A stretch of 64,000 nt of DNA from Halarcobacter sp. (GTDB lineage: Bacteria; Campylobacterota; Campylobacteria; Campylobacterales; Arcobacteraceae): the NCBI GenBank assembly GCA_048571215.1, contig CP182352.1:3072001-3136000 (forward strand). The letters run 5' to 3'. The notes beneath the pieces were generated by a model. That model saw only the letters and a list, made by a program, of their open reading frames with translations. It made no database searches and had not been told where the DNA came from. Both the position numbers and the translations under genes were made by a program. How positions within the stretch are numbered: the stretch's first letter is position 1; every line of letters starts with the position of its first letter. Below, piece after piece: positions 1 to 10,256 of the stretch.

Positions 1-915
1 AGATTTGGAGGACGAGCTACTATGATGCGTCTTCCATTTGCAGAAAAATTAGATAATTTAGATGTTGCCTTTATTGGTATACCATTGGATGTTGGTACTT
101 CTCAAAGAGCAGGTACTCGTTATGGTCCAAGACAGATTCGTACGGAATCTGTTATGATTAGACCTTATAACATGGCTACAGGTGCTGCTCCATTTGATTC
201 ATTAAATGTAGCAGATATAGGGGATGTACCTATAAACACATATAGTCTTCTAAAATCTGTTGATATTATAGAAGAGTATTATACTAACCTTAACCAATAC
301 ACACTAAGCCCTTTAACTTTAGGGGGAGACCATACTTTAAGTCTACCTATTTTACGGGCTATTACTAAAAAACATGGTCCAGTTGGATTAATTCATGTTG
401 ATGCCCATACAGATACAAATGATAATATGTTTGGTGAAAAAATTGCCCATGGTACTACATTTAGAAGAGCTGTAGAAGAGGGTCTATTAGATTGTGATAG
501 GGTAGTACAAATAGGTCAGCGTGCCCAAGGGTATGATGCCCAAGATTTTCAATGGGGAGTAGATCAAGGTTTTAAACTTTTTACAGCTGAAAAGTGTTGG
601 CATAAATCTTTAGAAAACTTAATGTTAGAAGTTAGAAATATTATGGGGGATAAACCTGTTTATCTTTCCTTTGACATTGATGGAATTGATCCAGCATGGG
701 CACCAGGAACTGGTACCCCTGAAGTTGGAGGATTGACTTCTATACAAGGGTTAGAGATTATTCGTGGATGTAAGGGATTAAATCTAATTGGAGCAGATCT
801 AGTAGAAGTATCTCCCCCTTATGATATAAGTGGCAATACATCTCAATTAGGTGCGAACTATCTTTATGAGATGTTATGCGTATTACCAAAAGTAAAGTAT
901 TATAAAGGAAAATAA
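1..915 (+). CDS. gbuA: Guanidinobutyrase/agmatinase (ureohydrolase family), 5'-truncated by the window edge
   Basis: The frame is open from base 1 (RFGGRATMMRLP). Mn-binding motifs GGDH, DAHTD and FDIDGIDP...PGTGTP are present. As recalled, the sequence closely follows Pseudomonas GbuA (IRPYNMATGAAPFDSLNVADIGDV, MFGEKIAHGTTFRRAVEE, CWHKSL). Confidence 0.85.
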   Translation, partial: RFGGRATMMRLPFAEKLDNLDVAFIGIPLDVGTSQRAGTRYGPRQIRTESVMIRPYNMATGAAPFDSLNVADIGDVPINTYSLLKSVDIIEEYYTNLNQYTLSPLTLGGDHTLSLPILRAITKKHGPVGLIHVDAHTDTNDNMFGEKIAHGTTFRRAVEEGLLDCDRVVQIGQRAQGYDAQDFQWGVDQGFKLFTAEKCWHKSLENLMLEVRNIMGDKPVYLSFDIDGIDPAWAPGTGTPEVGGLTSIQGLEIIRGCKGLNLIGADLVEVSPPYDISGNTSQLGANYLYEMLCVLPKVKYYKGK

Positions 916-916
916 A

Positions 917-2215
917 ATGAGTCAATCACATGATAATATAACAGCGGCAAAAGATAATGAGCGTACAGTAGGTTTATTTAAAACCATATTTATTTGGTTA
1001 GCAGCTTCTTTGGTAATCCCAACAGTTATGACAGGTCAAATGTTTATACCAGATCTAAGTCCAGCAACAGCAATGGAAGCAATACTAATAGCTTCTATAC
1101 TTGGGTGCATAGCCCTAGGTGCAATTGCAGCAATTGGTACACAAACTGGTCTTACAACATTTGTATATGCTCGTAGAGTTTTTGGATTATCAGGTTCAAA
1201 AGCTTTTGCTGTATTAAATATAGTTTTACTTCTTGGATGGGGAGTTATTCAAGGTTATTTAGGTGGATTAGCACTAAATAAAGTATTATCTAATCTATTT
1301 GGTTTTGATAATATAGTATTAACAATTATCCTTACTCAAGGTGTTGTTTTATTAATAACATTACAAGGGCATAAAGGGATTGAAAAAGTTGAAAGTATAG
1401 CATCAAGTTTAATGTTAGTGATGGCACTTGCTGTAATTTATTATCTTCTAGATCAAAATGGTTTAACAGCAGTGAATAATATTCCATTATCTGATTCCCC
1501 AGCTCTTAATTATGCTATAGTATTTGATATTGTTTTAGCTACAGCTTTCTCGTGGATGGCACTACCATGTGATTATAATCGTTATTGTAAATCAGTTAAA
1601 ATTAGTGTATCTGGTATTTCAATTGGATATATGGTAGGAACCTTAATTGCCATGGGACTTGGTATCTTAGTTGGTTCAATCTCTATAATAAATGGATTAG
1701 AACCTACTTATGATCCAGCAGCTGTATTAGATAGTAGTTTTGGTACTATTGCAGCATTAGTTATGTTTTTATCGGTAATGACTACAAATGTAATGGTGCT
1801 TTATAGTATCACAATGAGTACAATGTCTTTATCGTCTAAGTTTTCATTTGCTAAAGTAGCTCTTTTCTTTGGTTTAATTTCATCATTAGCTTCTCTTCTT
1901 CAAGAGCTACTTATGGTAGCTTTCTTTGATTGGATATTATTAGTTGGAGCATTTATGATTCCAGTATTTTCAATTATGCTAGTTGATTATTATATTTTAA
2001 AGAATCAAGATATGAAAGAGGATAAATTGATTAATATAAATATACCTGCTTTAATTACAGTTGTAATAAGTGTTTTATTTTCATTATATTTCACATATTC
2101 AAATCCATTAGAATTTGGTGCAACAGCTGCAACATTTTTATTTGCAGGAGTTTTATACTTTATTTTAGTAAAAATTTTTTCAAAAAAAGAACAACTAAGT
2201 TTAGAAATGGAGTAA
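917..2215 (+). CDS. NCS1 / purine-cytosine permease family transporter
   Basis: About 12 hydrophobic segments, with NCS1-like motifs (GTQTGLTTFV..RRVFG..GS, SWM...DYNRY). It starts 1 bp after gbuA. Confidence 0.8.
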   Translation: MSQSHDNITAAKDNERTVGLFKTIFIWLAASLVIPTVMTGQMFIPDLSPATAMEAILIASILGCIALGAIAAIGTQTGLTTFVYARRVFGLSGSKAFAVLNIVLLLGWGVIQGYLGGLALNKVLSNLFGFDNIVLTIILTQGVVLLITLQGHKGIEKVESIASSLMLVMALAVIYYLLDQNGLTAVNNIPLSDSPALNYAIVFDIVLATAFSWMALPCDYNRYCKSVKISVSGISIGYMVGTLIAMGLGILVGSISIINGLEPTYDPAAVLDSSFGTIAALVMFLSVMTTNVMVLYSITMSTMSLSSKFSFAKVALFFGLISSLASLLQELLMVAFFDWILLVGAFMIPVFSIMLVDYYILKNQDMKEDKLININIPALITVVISVLFSLYFTYSNPLEFGATAATFLFAGVLYFILVKIFSKKEQLSLEME

Positions 2216-2219
2216 AAAA

Positions 2220-3653
2220 ATGATAGAACTAAAACATTTTATTAATGGGGAATATACTAAAAAAGAAGAAAACTTTAGAAATATATATAATCCATCAAAA
2301 CAAGAGGATATTGGAACTACACCAATAGCCTCTGAAGAAGAGATTTTGGATACTATAAAATGTGCAAATGAAGCTTTAAAACAATGGTCAAATACTCCTA
2401 GTGAAAAAAGAGCCGAATATCTATATAAAATAGCTCAAGGTTTAGAAAAAAGAAAAGATGATATTGCAAAAAATATTACTCTTTGTATGGGGAAGCCGCT
2501 AAAAGAAGCCTTATTAGATGTTGAAGATGCCATTGCATGTTATTCTTATTATGCAGAATCTTCAAAAGATATAGATGCAGAAAATCAAAAAATTGTTTCA
2601 CTTGAAGATACTGATTATAATATATCAAAGCGTTATGAACCAGTTGGTGTAGTGGGATTAATAGTACCATGGAATTTCCCAACAGTTACAACTGCTTGGA
2701 AAGTTGCTCCAGCATTAGCTGCTGGATGTACTGTAATACTTAAACCATCAGGAGTATCTCCTATTCCTGAACACATATTAGCAGAAATCTCTAAGGAGAT
2801 AGATTTACCAAATGGGGTTTTAAATATACTTTATGGAGGTGCTAATCTAGCTCAAGAATTAACAAAAAGTGAGGATATTGCAAAAATATCTTTTACTGGA
2901 AGTACTAGAGTGGGTCAAGAGTTAACCTGCATAAGTGCACCATCTTTAAAAAACCTTAGTTTAGAATTAGGAGGGAAATCAGCGCTTATTGCATGTGAAG
3001 ATGCTAATATAGATGAAGTTGCTACCCTTGCTTGCAATGGTATATTTTTCAATAATGGACAGATGTGTTCTGCAACTTCTAGAGTTTTAATCCACAAAAA
3101 CATTTATACTAAAGTATTAGAAAAGTTAAAACAAAAGGTTGAAGAGCTTAAAATAGGGGACCCCTTAAGTATGGAAACAGATATAGGACCACTTAGTTCA
3201 AAAAAACAGTTTAATACTGTATGCAATTACTTTGAAATAGCAAAAGAAGAAAAACTTACTTGTTTAACAGGTGGGAAAAAATTAGATGGAAACTATGTAT
3301 CTCCAACAATATATTATGATGTATTTAAGACTAGTAGATTATGGCAAGAAGAGATATTTGGTCCTATACTATGTGTGAACCCTTTTGATACAATAGAAGA
3401 GGCAATTATTATGGCAAATGATACGGAATATGGATTAGCAGCTAGTGTTATTTCAAAAGATCAAAATCAAGCTATTAGTATTGCCAATTCTCTTAAAGCA
3501 GGAATTATATGGATTAATACTGATCAAATAGTATTGCCACAACTAAGTTGGGGTGGATATAAAAAAAGTAGTATTGGTAGAGAATTAGGAGAAGAGGGTT
3601 TAAACTCTTTTAGAGAATTAAAACATATAATAATGCCAAAAGAAAAATATTAA
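2220..3653 (+). CDS. NAD-dependent aldehyde dehydrogenase (amino/guanidino-butyraldehyde or betaine aldehyde type)
   Basis: PWNFP, FTGST, LELGGKS, catalytic Cys in NGQMCSA, EEIFGP. Confidence 0.9.
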   Translation: MIELKHFINGEYTKKEENFRNIYNPSKQEDIGTTPIASEEEILDTIKCANEALKQWSNTPSEKRAEYLYKIAQGLEKRKDDIAKNITLCMGKPLKEALLDVEDAIACYSYYAESSKDIDAENQKIVSLEDTDYNISKRYEPVGVVGLIVPWNFPTVTTAWKVAPALAAGCTVILKPSGVSPIPEHILAEISKEIDLPNGVLNILYGGANLAQELTKSEDIAKISFTGSTRVGQELTCISAPSLKNLSLELGGKSALIACEDANIDEVATLACNGIFFNNGQMCSATSRVLIHKNIYTKVLEKLKQKVEELKIGDPLSMETDIGPLSSKKQFNTVCNYFEIAKEEKLTCLTGGKKLDGNYVSPTIYYDVFKTSRLWQEEIFGPILCVNPFDTIEEAIIMANDTEYGLAASVISKDQNQAISIANSLKAGIIWINTDQIVLPQLSWGGYKKSSIGRELGEEGLNSFRELKHIIMPKEKY

Positions 3654-3661
3654 GCTCTAAG

Positions 3662-3978
3662 ATGGAACGAGTATCAGAAAATGAATGGTATGAAGTAAAG
3701 AAACCATAATTTACTTATAACTAGTGGGATGAGGGTAGCAAGTCATACCCACTCTGATAATATTAGCTGTAATTATGAGTTCCTAGAGCATTGTGTTCAT
3801 AATGCAGAGTGAATTACTTAGTCATCCTAGCCATAAAAATACACTTGTTGAAGAGGCTGGTATGATTGATTTAGAAGATTCTCAATATAATCTATGAAGT
3901 CATTTTCCAAGCTTTGATGGGAAACGATATAAGGAACTTATCTACAATTATTTACGCTCAAAAAATATAAATTATTAA
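3662..3978 (+). pseudogene. Heavily deleted remnant of an MBL-fold metallo-hydrolase
   Basis: Fragments in shifting frames: MERVSENEWYEVKK (3662), LLITSGM-RVASHTHSDNISCNYEFLEHCVHNAE (3711, degenerate HxHxDH), and HFPSFDGKRYKELIYNYL (3901). Confidence 0.65.
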
Positions 3979-4094
3979 GTGGAACTTTAAACTTTAAATA
4001 AATCAAATAACAATAAACAAAAGTGTCGTTTTGTTCCTATACTTAAGATTAAAAGATATATATAATACGTTAAATTTATATAAGGATTCAATCA

Positions 4095-5393
4095 ATGAAT
4101 AAAAAGATAAAAATAACAAACAATAATGACCTTCAAGAAAGAAAAAATAAAGTTTTCGCAAGAGGTCAAGGTAATGCTTATCCTGTATATATTAAAGAGG
4201 CTAAAAACTCTGAAGTTTGGGATGTTGAAGGTAATAGATTAATTGACTTTGGGACAGGTATTGCTGTATGTAATACTGGACACAGCCATCCAAGAATTAT
4301 TGAAGCAGTTAAAGCACAAATTGAAAATTTCAGTCACACATGTTTTACAGTTACTCCATATGAAGTAGGTGTTAAATTAGCTGAAAAATTAACTAAAGTA
4401 GCTCCAGGTAAAACTGAGAAAAAAGCTATGTTTGCAACAACAGGTGCTGAAGCTGTTGAAAACTGTATAAAAATCGCAAGAGCTCACACAGGAAGAAGAG
4501 GTATCATTGCATTTAATGGTGGTTTCCACGGAAGAACTAATATGACAATGGCTCTAACTGGAAAAACTATGCCTTATAAAAAAGGGTTTGGTCCATTTCC
4601 TGCTGAAATTTATCACTTACCATATCCAACTAGCTTTAATGGAACTAGTGTTAAAGATACTTTAACTGCATTAAAAAATCTATTTAAAGTAGATATTCTA
4701 GCTGAAGATGTTGCGGCAATTATCATTGAACCAATTCAAGGTGAAGGTGGTTTTTACCAAACTCCAGTTGAACTATTACAAGAACTAAGAAGAATTTGTG
4801 ATGAGAATGGAATTGTATTAATCATAGATGAGATTCAAACTGGATTTGCTAGAACAGGTAAAATGTTCAATATTGAATATGCTGGTATTGAACCAGATTT
4901 AATGACAATGGCTAAAGGTATTGCTGGTGGTTACCCATTATCTGGTGTTGTTGGAAAAGCTGAAATTATGGATTCTGCTATTCCTGGTGGACTTGGTGGA
5001 ACTTATGGTGGATCACCTGTTGGTTGTGCAGCAGGATTAGCTGTTTTAGAAATAATTGAGGAAGAAGACTTAATTAACAGAGCAAATCAAATTGGTGATA
5101 TCTTCAATAAAAGATTAAATGAATTGAAAGCTCAATTCCCAGATTTAATTTGTGATGTAAGAAATAAAGGTGCAATGATTGCTTTAGAATTAATGAAAGA
5201 TGGTGATTTTGAAAAACCAAATGCAGAATTAACTAAAGCACTTACTGCAAAAGCTACTGAATATGGATTAATTCTATTATCTTGTGGTTTTAACAGCAAT
5301 GTAATTAGATTTTTACCTGCATTAACAATTAGTGACGAAGTTGTTAATGAAGGATTAGATAAATTTACTGAACTATTCACTAGTCTTAGTTAA
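4095..5393 (+). CDS. gabT: 4-aminobutyrate--2-oxoglutarate aminotransferase
   Basis: Class III PLP aminotransferase motifs TGAEAVEN, FHGRT, EPIQGEGG, DEIQTGFARTG, AKGIAGG, GGTYGG. Confidence 0.9.
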   Translation: MNKKIKITNNNDLQERKNKVFARGQGNAYPVYIKEAKNSEVWDVEGNRLIDFGTGIAVCNTGHSHPRIIEAVKAQIENFSHTCFTVTPYEVGVKLAEKLTKVAPGKTEKKAMFATTGAEAVENCIKIARAHTGRRGIIAFNGGFHGRTNMTMALTGKTMPYKKGFGPFPAEIYHLPYPTSFNGTSVKDTLTALKNLFKVDILAEDVAAIIIEPIQGEGGFYQTPVELLQELRRICDENGIVLIIDEIQTGFARTGKMFNIEYAGIEPDLMTMAKGIAGGYPLSGVVGKAEIMDSAIPGGLGGTYGGSPVGCAAGLAVLEIIEEEDLINRANQIGDIFNKRLNELKAQFPDLICDVRNKGAMIALELMKDGDFEKPNAELTKALTAKATEYGLILLSCGFNSNVIRFLPALTISDEVVNEGLDKFTELFTSLS

Positions 5394-5401
5394 AAATTTA
5401 T

Positions 5402-5432
5402 TAGCTAAAATGTGAAATTTACATTTTAGCTA
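5402..5432. terminator. Probable bidirectional intrinsic terminator
   Basis: Perfect 12-bp inverted repeat TAGCTAAAATGT/ACATTTTAGCTA between the convergent gabT and AraC genes. Confidence 0.7.
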
Positions 5433-5439
5433 TAAATAT

Positions 5440-6255
5440 TTATGTTAACTCTTTCATTTGAAACTGTAAATATTTTGAACTATTATCTATGAAATCTTTT
5501 AAAGGTACTCCTGTAAAATATTTCAACTCTTTTAATAGATGGGATTGATCATAAAACTCTAAATCTTGGGAAATAAAAGCTAAACTTTTATAATTTTGCT
5601 CTTTTATACAATTTAATAATTTATAAAATCTTGATATTCTTTGAATTGTTCTAGCATTTAGTCCTGTGAACCTATTCATATCCCTTTGAACTTGTCTTAT
5701 TGAAAGCTTTGAGTTATTATAAAACTCATCTAATTGACAATTGAAGTGTAGATTTCTAATATTGGAAAGAAATTCATTTTCACTAAAATTATAAAAGAGT
5801 TGGAAAAAATATCTATTTAAAATATTTTGTATCTCATGTTGGTTGTTCCTATTATCATATAATCTATCCAAAATAGATTTATCAATCTTAATAGATAACT
5901 CATCTATACTGTAAGCTCTATTATCTAACTTATTAAAAGGTACTTTAAAAAGTTCATGTAATACACCAGGATAAAAAGAGATGTCAACATAAAAAAATTC
6001 ATCATTCATTTTCATGTCAAAAGATGGTGAAAAATACCATTCATGAGGTTTAACATTAGGTGGACATAAGTATATACCTGTAGAGTTTTTATTATTTGTG
6101 ATAAGAAATATTAAGCAAGATTCACTATAAGGTAATAATATCTTTTTATGACTTGGTATTTTATAGTTTCCACTTATTACCCAATAATATTTTATAAAAT
6201 TTAATAATGAGTATTCTGGTTTAAAAGATTGAATTTTCATTATTTTTAGCCCCAT
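5440..6255 (-). CDS. AraC-family transcriptional regulator (DUF6597-like N-terminus)
   Basis: C-terminal HTH (LSIRQVQR...FYDQSHLLKELKYFTG) and N-terminal P...FIKYYW motif. Confidence 0.8.
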   Translation of the reverse strand: MGLKIMKIQSFKPEYSLLNFIKYYWVISGNYKIPSHKKILLPYSESCLIFLITNNKNSTGIYLCPPNVKPHEWYFSPSFDMKMNDEFFYVDISFYPGVLHELFKVPFNKLDNRAYSIDELSIKIDKSILDRLYDNRNNQHEIQNILNRYFFQLFYNFSENEFLSNIRNLHFNCQLDEFYNNSKLSIRQVQRDMNRFTGLNARTIQRISRFYKLLNCIKEQNYKSLAFISQDLEFYDQSHLLKELKYFTGVPLKDFIDNSSKYLQFQMKELT

Positions 6256-6460
6256 CTTTTACTTTAAGTATAATTATTAGCCTAATTCTTAAAATTTTTA
6301 TTAAACCTACCATTATACTCTAATTAGCCTATGGAGGTATAATTAAAATGCTTAGTAATTATACAATATAATCTTATCTTTTTCTAAGATAAAAAGAGGA
6401 AATATTTAAATAGAAGCCCTAGAAGAACAAAACTTAAAAACTAAGATTTATATCCCTATA

Positions 6461-6482
6461 AAATAGTCAAAATTGACTATTT
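6461..6482 (-). terminator. Intrinsic terminator of the ABC importer operon
   Basis: AAATAGTCAA-AA-TTGACTATTT hairpin directly after the ATPase stop codon. Confidence 0.6.
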
Positions 6483-7210
6483 TATAATACAGCCGAAAGG
6501 AAACCTTGCAACTCTTTTGTTTGAGGATTTCCAAAAACCTCTTCACTCTCCCCTGTTTCCCAGATTTTACCATTATGCATAAAGATAACTCTATCACCTA
6601 TATCTCTTGCAAAATTCATTTCATGGGTTACCAAAATAAGAGTTATTCCCTCTTTTGCTAACTCCTCAAGTACTTTTAAAACTTCTCCAACTAATTCAGG
6701 ATCTAAAGCAGATGTAATCTCATCACATAATAATACTTTTGGAGACATAGCCAAAGACCTTGCAATTGCTACTCTTTGTTTTTGACCACCTGATAAACTC
6801 TCTGGATATTGGTCAAAGAATTGTTCCATACCAACTTTTTTTAAACATTGCATAGCTAATACTTTTGCTTCTTCTTTACTTTTGCCAAGTATTAACCTTG
6901 GAGATAACATAACATTTTCACCAGCAGTTTTGTGTGGGTATAGATTAAAACTTTGAAATATCATTCCACAAACTTTACTTATCTTTTGAAGTTGTAAATC
7001 ATTTGTAGTAACTTCTAAATTACCAACTATAATATTACCCTCTTGGTGCTCTTCTAATCCATTTATACATCTTAAAAGGGTACTTTTCCCAGAACCTGAT
7101 CTTCCAATTATAGAAAGAACCTCTCCTGCTTTAACTTTTAAATCAATACCTTTTAAAATATGTTTCTCTCCATAATACTTATGCACACCCTCTAAACTAA
7201 CTAGCGACAT
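6482..7210 (-). CDS. Polar amino acid-type ABC transporter ATP-binding protein
   Basis: Walker A GRSGSGKS, LSGGQKQRVAIAR, DEITSALDPE. Confidence 0.92.
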   Translation of the reverse strand: MSLVSLEGVHKYYGEKHILKGIDLKVKAGEVLSIIGRSGSGKSTLLRCINGLEEHQEGNIIVGNLEVTTNDLQLQKISKVCGMIFQSFNLYPHKTAGENVMLSPRLILGKSKEEAKVLAMQCLKKVGMEQFFDQYPESLSGGQKQRVAIARSLAMSPKVLLCDEITSALDPELVGEVLKVLEELAKEGITLILVTHEMNFARDIGDRVIFMHNGKIWETGESEEVFGNPQTKELQGFLSAVL

Positions 7211-7847
7211 TTAATTTCCTTTCTAAATATTTACTATATTTTGTAAGTGGGAAACAAATTACAAAATACAAAATAGCAACCATTGTAAAAACTTTAAAAG
7301 GCTCAAATGTTGCATTGTTTAACATAGTTCCAGCTTTTGTAAGTTCAACAAAACCAATTATTGAAGCTAAGGCTGTTCCTTTTACAACTTGCACTGAAAA
7401 ACCTACAGTTGGAGCAGTTGCTAATCTAATTGATTGAGGGATTATCACATGAAACATTGTTTGATAATAGTTTAATCCCATTGTTTTACAAGCTTCCCAT
7501 TGACCTTTGGGAACAGAATCTAAACACCCTCTCCAAATCTCGCATAAAAAAGCACTTGTAAATAGTGTCAAAGCTAAACTTGCAGCTGCCCAAGGTCCCA
7601 TATCTATACCAATAAGTGAAAGACCAAAAAAAGCAAGAAAAAGTTGCATAAGTAGAGGTGTTCCTTGAAAAACCTCCACATATATATTTATTAAAACTGT
7701 TAATACTTTATTGTTTGTCATTCTAAGAACTAAAAGTATTCCAGCTACTATTCCTCCACCAACAAAGGCTATTAATGATAACAAAACTGTCCATCTTGCA
7801 GCAAGTACTAAGTTTTGGAATATTTCTAATGTAGTAAACTGTTCCAT
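7197..7847 (-). CDS. Polar amino acid-type ABC transporter permease
   Basis: FQGTPLL and the EAA loop (VPKGQWEACKTMGL). Confidence 0.9.
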   Translation of the reverse strand: MEQFTTLEIFQNLVLAARWTVLLSLIAFVGGGIVAGILLVLRMTNNKVLTVLINIYVEVFQGTPLLMQLFLAFFGLSLIGIDMGPWAAASLALTLFTSAFLCEIWRGCLDSVPKGQWEACKTMGLNYYQTMFHVIIPQSIRLATAPTVGFSVQVVKGTALASIIGFVELTKAGTMLNNATFEPFKVFTMVAILYFVICFPLTKYSKYLERKLNVAS

Positions 7848-7849
7848 TC

Positions 7850-8512
7850 TTAACCTTTATTAAATAGTTTATTACTAGTTTTTCTTAATATAAATCTTAA
7901 AATCACAGCTAAAATCAGATACACAATTGTGATGATAAAATAAGACTCAAAACTCAAAAAAGTTCTTGATTGAATAAAGTTAGCAGTAAAAGTTAACTCT
8001 TCTACTGATATTTGAGACAATACAGATGAACCTAACATAACAATAATACATTGACTAATCAAAGCAGGTGAAACTTTTTTAAAAGCTTGTGGTAAAACAA
8101 TATGGATAAAAATTTGAGACCATTTTAATCCCAAAGTTTTTCCAGCTTCCCATTGACCTTTAGAAGTTGATTCAACTCCTGCTCTAATAATTTCTGTAGA
8201 ATATGCACCCAAGTTGATTATCATTGCAATCATCCCAGCTTCCAATGCAGTTAGTTTTATACCAATAGCAGGAAGTCCAAAAAATATAAAAAATAATTGA
8301 ACAATAAAAGGTGTATTTCTAATAACTTCTACAAAAGCTCCTATAAGATTTTGTAAAAATCTATTTTTCCCCACTCTACATGCTGTTCCTATTATTCCTG
8401 CAACTACACCTAAAATAGTTGTAGCTGCAGTGATTTCAATAGTTAACAATATACCATTTAATATATTTTTATAGTATGGTAAGATACCTACAAAATCAAA
8501 TTCATAACTCAT
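7850..8512 (-). CDS. Polar amino acid-type ABC transporter permease
   Basis: IRNTPFIVQLF and AYSTEIIRAG...GQWEAG..LGL. Confidence 0.9.
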   Translation of the reverse strand: MSYEFDFVGILPYYKNILNGILLTIEITAATTILGVVAGIIGTACRVGKNRFLQNLIGAFVEVIRNTPFIVQLFFIFFGLPAIGIKLTALEAGMIAMIINLGAYSTEIIRAGVESTSKGQWEAGKTLGLKWSQIFIHIVLPQAFKKVSPALISQCIIVMLGSSVLSQISVEELTFTANFIQSRTFLSFESYFIITIVYLILAVILRFILRKTSNKLFNKG

Positions 8513-8521
8513 ACTAAATTC

Positions 8522-9301
8522 TTATAAATCTTTTGGTAAATCTATCTTTAACCATTTTTGAGAAGTTTTATTTAACTCTCCATTAGTTTTTAATTCACTA
8601 ATTAAGCCATTTAAAAACGCTTTTAATTCTGGTTGTTTTTTATTTATACCAACATAACATGGTGAATTTTTAATTGAAAATTTTGTTTCAGGAGCTACAT
8701 CTGGGTATTTATTTGCAATTTCACTAATGATTAGATTTCCTGTTGCTATAAGTTTAACTTGACCAGATACATATGCAGAGATTGTTGTATTATTATCTTC
8801 AAATCTTTTAATTGTAACATCTGAACCAACTAATTTACTCAACTCTAAATCCTCAACTGAACCTCTTGTAACACCGATAGTTTTACCACTTAAATCCTTT
8901 GCTGAACTTACTGCAACATCTTTAGAACCAAATACACCTAAAAAGAAAGGAGCATATGCATCAGTAAAATCAATAACTCTTTCCCTTTCAGGATTTTTAC
9001 CTAAACTTGAGATAATCAAATCAGCTTTACCAGTTTTTAAATATGGGATTCTATTTGCACTTGTAACAGGAATAAGTTTTAACTTAACCCCTAATTTGTC
9101 AGCAATATATTTTGCCATATCAATATCATAACCTTGAACACTCATATCTTTTGAAGCTGAACCAAAAGGTGGAAAATCTTGAGGTACTGCAACTTTTATA
9201 ACTTTTGCAGATTTAATATCCTCTAATTGATTTGCACTTAATAAACTTGTAGTTACCAATGCACCTAACGCTAAAACCTTTAATAGACTCTTTTTAAACA
9301 T
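8522..9301 (-). CDS. ABC transporter substrate-binding protein (family 3), plausibly allantoin/allantoate uptake
   Basis: Signal peptide and motifs VAVPQDFPPFG, GYDIDMA, ANRIPYL. It is divergent from gntR-puuE; the substrate is inferred from context only. Confidence 0.8.
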   Translation of the reverse strand: MFKKSLLKVLALGALVTTSLLSANQLEDIKSAKVIKVAVPQDFPPFGSASKDMSVQGYDIDMAKYIADKLGVKLKLIPVTSANRIPYLKTGKADLIISSLGKNPERERVIDFTDAYAPFFLGVFGSKDVAVSSAKDLSGKTIGVTRGSVEDLELSKLVGSDVTIKRFEDNNTTISAYVSGQVKLIATGNLIISEIANKYPDVAPETKFSIKNSPCYVGINKKQPELKAFLNGLISELKTNGELNKTSQKWLKIDLPKDL

Positions 9302-9315
9302 ATCTAATCCTTTAA

Positions 9316-9545
9316 AATTGTTGACACTTTAAATATCTAAATCAATGATTGTAAACAATTAAAGCTAATCATGAAAGCATTTTAAACTATTGAAAATAAA
9401 TTGTCAACACTATAATTGTATGTAAAATATACAATATTAAACAATTTTCAGCCTTAAACTACTATTTTATGGAAATATTTCCATTTTTAAATTTTAAATA
9501 TGGATAATTTTTATACAATATTTTTATTGAATTATTGTAGACAAT
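9316..9545. promoter_or_regulatory. Divergent promoter region with several GntR/FadR-type boxes (TTGT-N2-ACAA)
   Basis: TTGTTGACAC 9318, ATTGTAAACAAT 9348, TTGTCAACAC 9401, ATTGTAGACAAT 9534. Confidence 0.65.
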
Positions 9546-9581
9546 TAAGTATAATTGTAGAATATGTTTGAAGGAGAATAG

Positions 9582-10256
9582 ATGAATGATTATTTAAATG
9601 ATGAGGTTTCTGTAGAAGAAACACTTATCAATAGTATATATGATCAAATATTTGATAAGAAGTTACATCCTGGGGCTAAAATATCTGAAAGTGTTTATGC
9701 AAAAGAGTTTAGTGTTAGTAGAGATGTAGTTAGAAAAGCCTTTAGTCAACTTCAAAGTATAGGAATTTTAACACATAAAAAAAATCAAGGTTTCTTTCTA
9801 AGATGGTTAAGTGAAGAAGAGACTAGAGAACTATTTCTTGCAAGAATCACAATTGAAACTGGCATTGTTGCTTCAGTTACACAAAAATATGCATTAGGTG
9901 AGATTGATTTATCATCATTAAAAGAAGAGGTTGATGCAGAAAAATTCTATAAAGTATCACTTAGAAACGGAGAATATGTAAGAACTTCATGTAATTTTCA
10001 TTTAAATTTAGCACTACTTTCTGGAAATGATTTTTTAATAGATGCTCTTAAACCTTTGATAACACTAAGTACACTAGCTGGACTTGTTTATGATGATGAT
10101 ACTTCACCTTTTTGTTCATATGATGAACATGATGAACTAATAAGAGCAATAAAAACAAAAGATATAGAGTCAGCAAAAAGTTTCATGAATTATCATTTGC
10201 ATAATTGTGTAAAAGCCTTTGATTTTAACATTGATGATAAAAAAGAAAAAAAATGA
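9582..10256 (+). CDS. GntR (FadR/FCD) family regulator of allantoin catabolism
   Basis: wHTH LHPGAKISE...FSVSRDVVRKA and an FCD domain (FH..LA..SGN, EH..LI.AI). Overlaps puuE by ATGA. Confidence 0.88.
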   Translation: MNDYLNDEVSVEETLINSIYDQIFDKKLHPGAKISESVYAKEFSVSRDVVRKAFSQLQSIGILTHKKNQGFFLRWLSEEETRELFLARITIETGIVASVTQKYALGEIDLSSLKEEVDAEKFYKVSLRNGEYVRTSCNFHLNLALLSGNDFLIDALKPLITLSTLAGLVYDDDTSPFCSYDEHDELIRAIKTKDIESAKSFMNYHLHNCVKAFDFNIDDKKEKK

